Below, in pieces: positions 63,088 to 64,000 of a stretch of 64,000 nt of DNA (its first letter is position 1; each line of letters opens with the position of its first letter). Under the pieces are notes generated by a model. It was given only the letters and a program-made list of their open reading frames with translations, did no database searches and was not told the origin of the DNA. The stretch comes from a virus: IMG/VR virus record IMGVR_UViG_3300020171_000001, positions 1-64,000 of that record. One strand, written 5' to 3'. A program made the translations under genes and the position numbers.

Positions 63088-64000
63088 GGCAGCCGCCCTA
63101 TCTGTAGGCAATCCATCACCGCCCGGACGAACGTCGCCGCGAGCTCCGGGACGATCGCGTTGCCGTAGGCGCGCAGTTTGCCCACGCGGCCGGGAACCCC
63201 TGCAGCCAGCGGGAATGTTCTGCGTTGAGCTGGCCTGATTTTCCCGTCCCGGCAGAGCCACCAATCGGCGTCTGCCCATGTTCCGCCAGTAGCGCCTGGA
63301 GGGATAAACTCGTCAGGGACACGCCAAGCCTGGACCCGCGTTCCACTGCCGAGGTCTTGCGCGCAAGAAACTGCTCGGGCGTCCACCCCGCCTCCTGCGC
63401 CGCTGGGGTCGCCCGCCCCGTCAGTGGGGCTTGCTGGCTCAGCGGCACTCCCGTGTCCTGCGGTCTCGCGTCCGCCCCGCCCCGGCTGTGGTCCTGCGCC
63501 ATCGGACTGCACCAGCCCGCCAACTGAACCTGGACTGACAGGTCCTTCGCTGACGACTTGCCGCCCGTGTTCGGATTGCTCTCCTGCCGGGCTCTCCACG
63601 TCTCCGGTGTGTTCGCATTGTGCGAATCGAATACCGTCGGGGTGACCCACCCCGCCAGTCGCGAAACCTCGTTCAGCGGTCGGCTGTTTTTTCCGTGCTT
63701 GTTGCTCGCGGAGGACTTCCAGTCCCGCGCCGTGGCGCACGGCCACCCAGTAAAGCCGTTGCCGGATGTGCGGCGCACCGACGCCCGCAGCGCACAGATC
63801 GGCTCCCCCGACGGCATATCCCAGCGCTTCCAGGTCATCGCGTACAGCCGCGAGCCACGCCCGTCCAGCCGGGCTCGCAACCTGCTCTCCAACGACGACC
63901 AGAGGTCGGCACTCGCGGATGAGCCGGAGCCATTCGGGCCAAAGGTGCCGCTTGTCGGCGGCTCCCTTCCCGCGACCGGCGATGGAGAACGGTTGGCAGG
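63084..64000 (-). CDS. dcm: C5-cytosine DNA methyltransferase alpha chain (5' end outside window)
   Basis: frame open to edge: (P)CQPFS (IV), EQV (VI), APHIRQRLYWVA (VIII), LRAYGNAIVP (X). Confidence 0.9.
   Translation of the reverse strand, partial: CQPFSIAGRGKGAADKRHLWPEWLRLIRECRPLVVVGEQVASPAGRAWLAAVRDDLEALGYAVGGADLCAAGVGAPHIRQRLYWVAVRHGAGLEVLREQQARKKQPTAERGFATGGVGHPDGIRFAQCEHTGDVESPAGEQSEHGRQVVSEGPVSPGSVGGLVQSDGAGPQPGRGGRETAGHGSAAEPASPTDGAGDPSGAGGGVDARAVSCAQDLGSGTRVQAWRVPDEFIPPGATGGTWADADWWLCRDGKIRPAQRRTFPLAAGVPGRVGKLRAYGNAIVPELAATFVRAVMDCLQIGRLP
63116..63892 (-). CDS. overlapping alternative-frame MTase beta chain (TRD-like repeats + motif IX); may start upstream
   Basis: repeated GW(P/V)TP...L..Q/E units; GQLNAEHSRWLQGFP. 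Confidence 0.75.
   Translation of the reverse strand: MESRLRARLDGRGSRLYAMTWKRWDMPSGEPICALRASVRRTSGNGFTGWPCATARDWKSSASNKHGKNSRPLNEVSRLAGWVTPTVFDSHNANTPETWRARQESNPNTGGKSSAKDLSVQVQLAGWCSPMAQDHSRGGADARPQDTGVPLSQQAPLTGRATPAAQEAGWTPEQFLARKTSAVERGSRLGVSLTSLSLQALLAEHGQTPIGGSAGTGKSGQLNAEHSRWLQGFPAAWANCAPTATRSSRSSRRRSSGR

Noticed and set aside
1-64000. Complete DGR or retron
   Set aside because: No reverse transcriptase ORF and no template repeat were found by eye.

Overview
High-GC (~68-70%), gene-dense segment of a large phage or phage-plasmid. The host is probably Myxococcota/Deltaproteobacteria, inferred from the dnaN, Hsp70 and Cys-rich lipoprotein sequences. No virion, terminase, integrase, reverse transcriptase or cas genes were recognised. 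Transcription diverges from an AT-rich, repeat-rich hub at ~29.35-30.1 kb. The 29-kb left arm is entirely on the minus strand and translationally coupled. It encodes an HNH nuclease, a Ycf46-like AAA+ three-gene module, a DUF4942 methyltransferase, a truncated ComM/YifB, an FGE-type protein with a DGR-like variable region and a pentapeptide protein. The right arm is on the plus strand and is built from promoter-headed cassettes. It encodes three RHH regulators, an N4/N6 MTase, a HAD nucleotidase, a C39 peptidase, a mazG-like gene split by a four-ORF IS607/TnpB element, Hsp70, an RNase H-like protein, a RuvC-like resolvase replaced by an HNH cassette, dnaN, TSCPD and DUF1643. A convergent block at the right end holds an M15/extensin-like and an SLT cell-wall hydrolase, a Tad1-like anti-defence sponge and a dual-frame C5-MTase. 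The most novel signals are non-coding. (i) Three anticodon-less tRNA-like elements (12-bp acceptor+T helix, TTCGAnn loop, 3' ACCG, each preceded by a hairpin) lie in a structured leader with an rrn-type boxA at 25.3-27.0 kb. (ii) A stand-alone ~400-nt structured RNA with its own promoter and terminator lies at 38.45-38.91 kb and has weak RNase P-like motifs. All family assignments are by eye from motifs; no searches were run.
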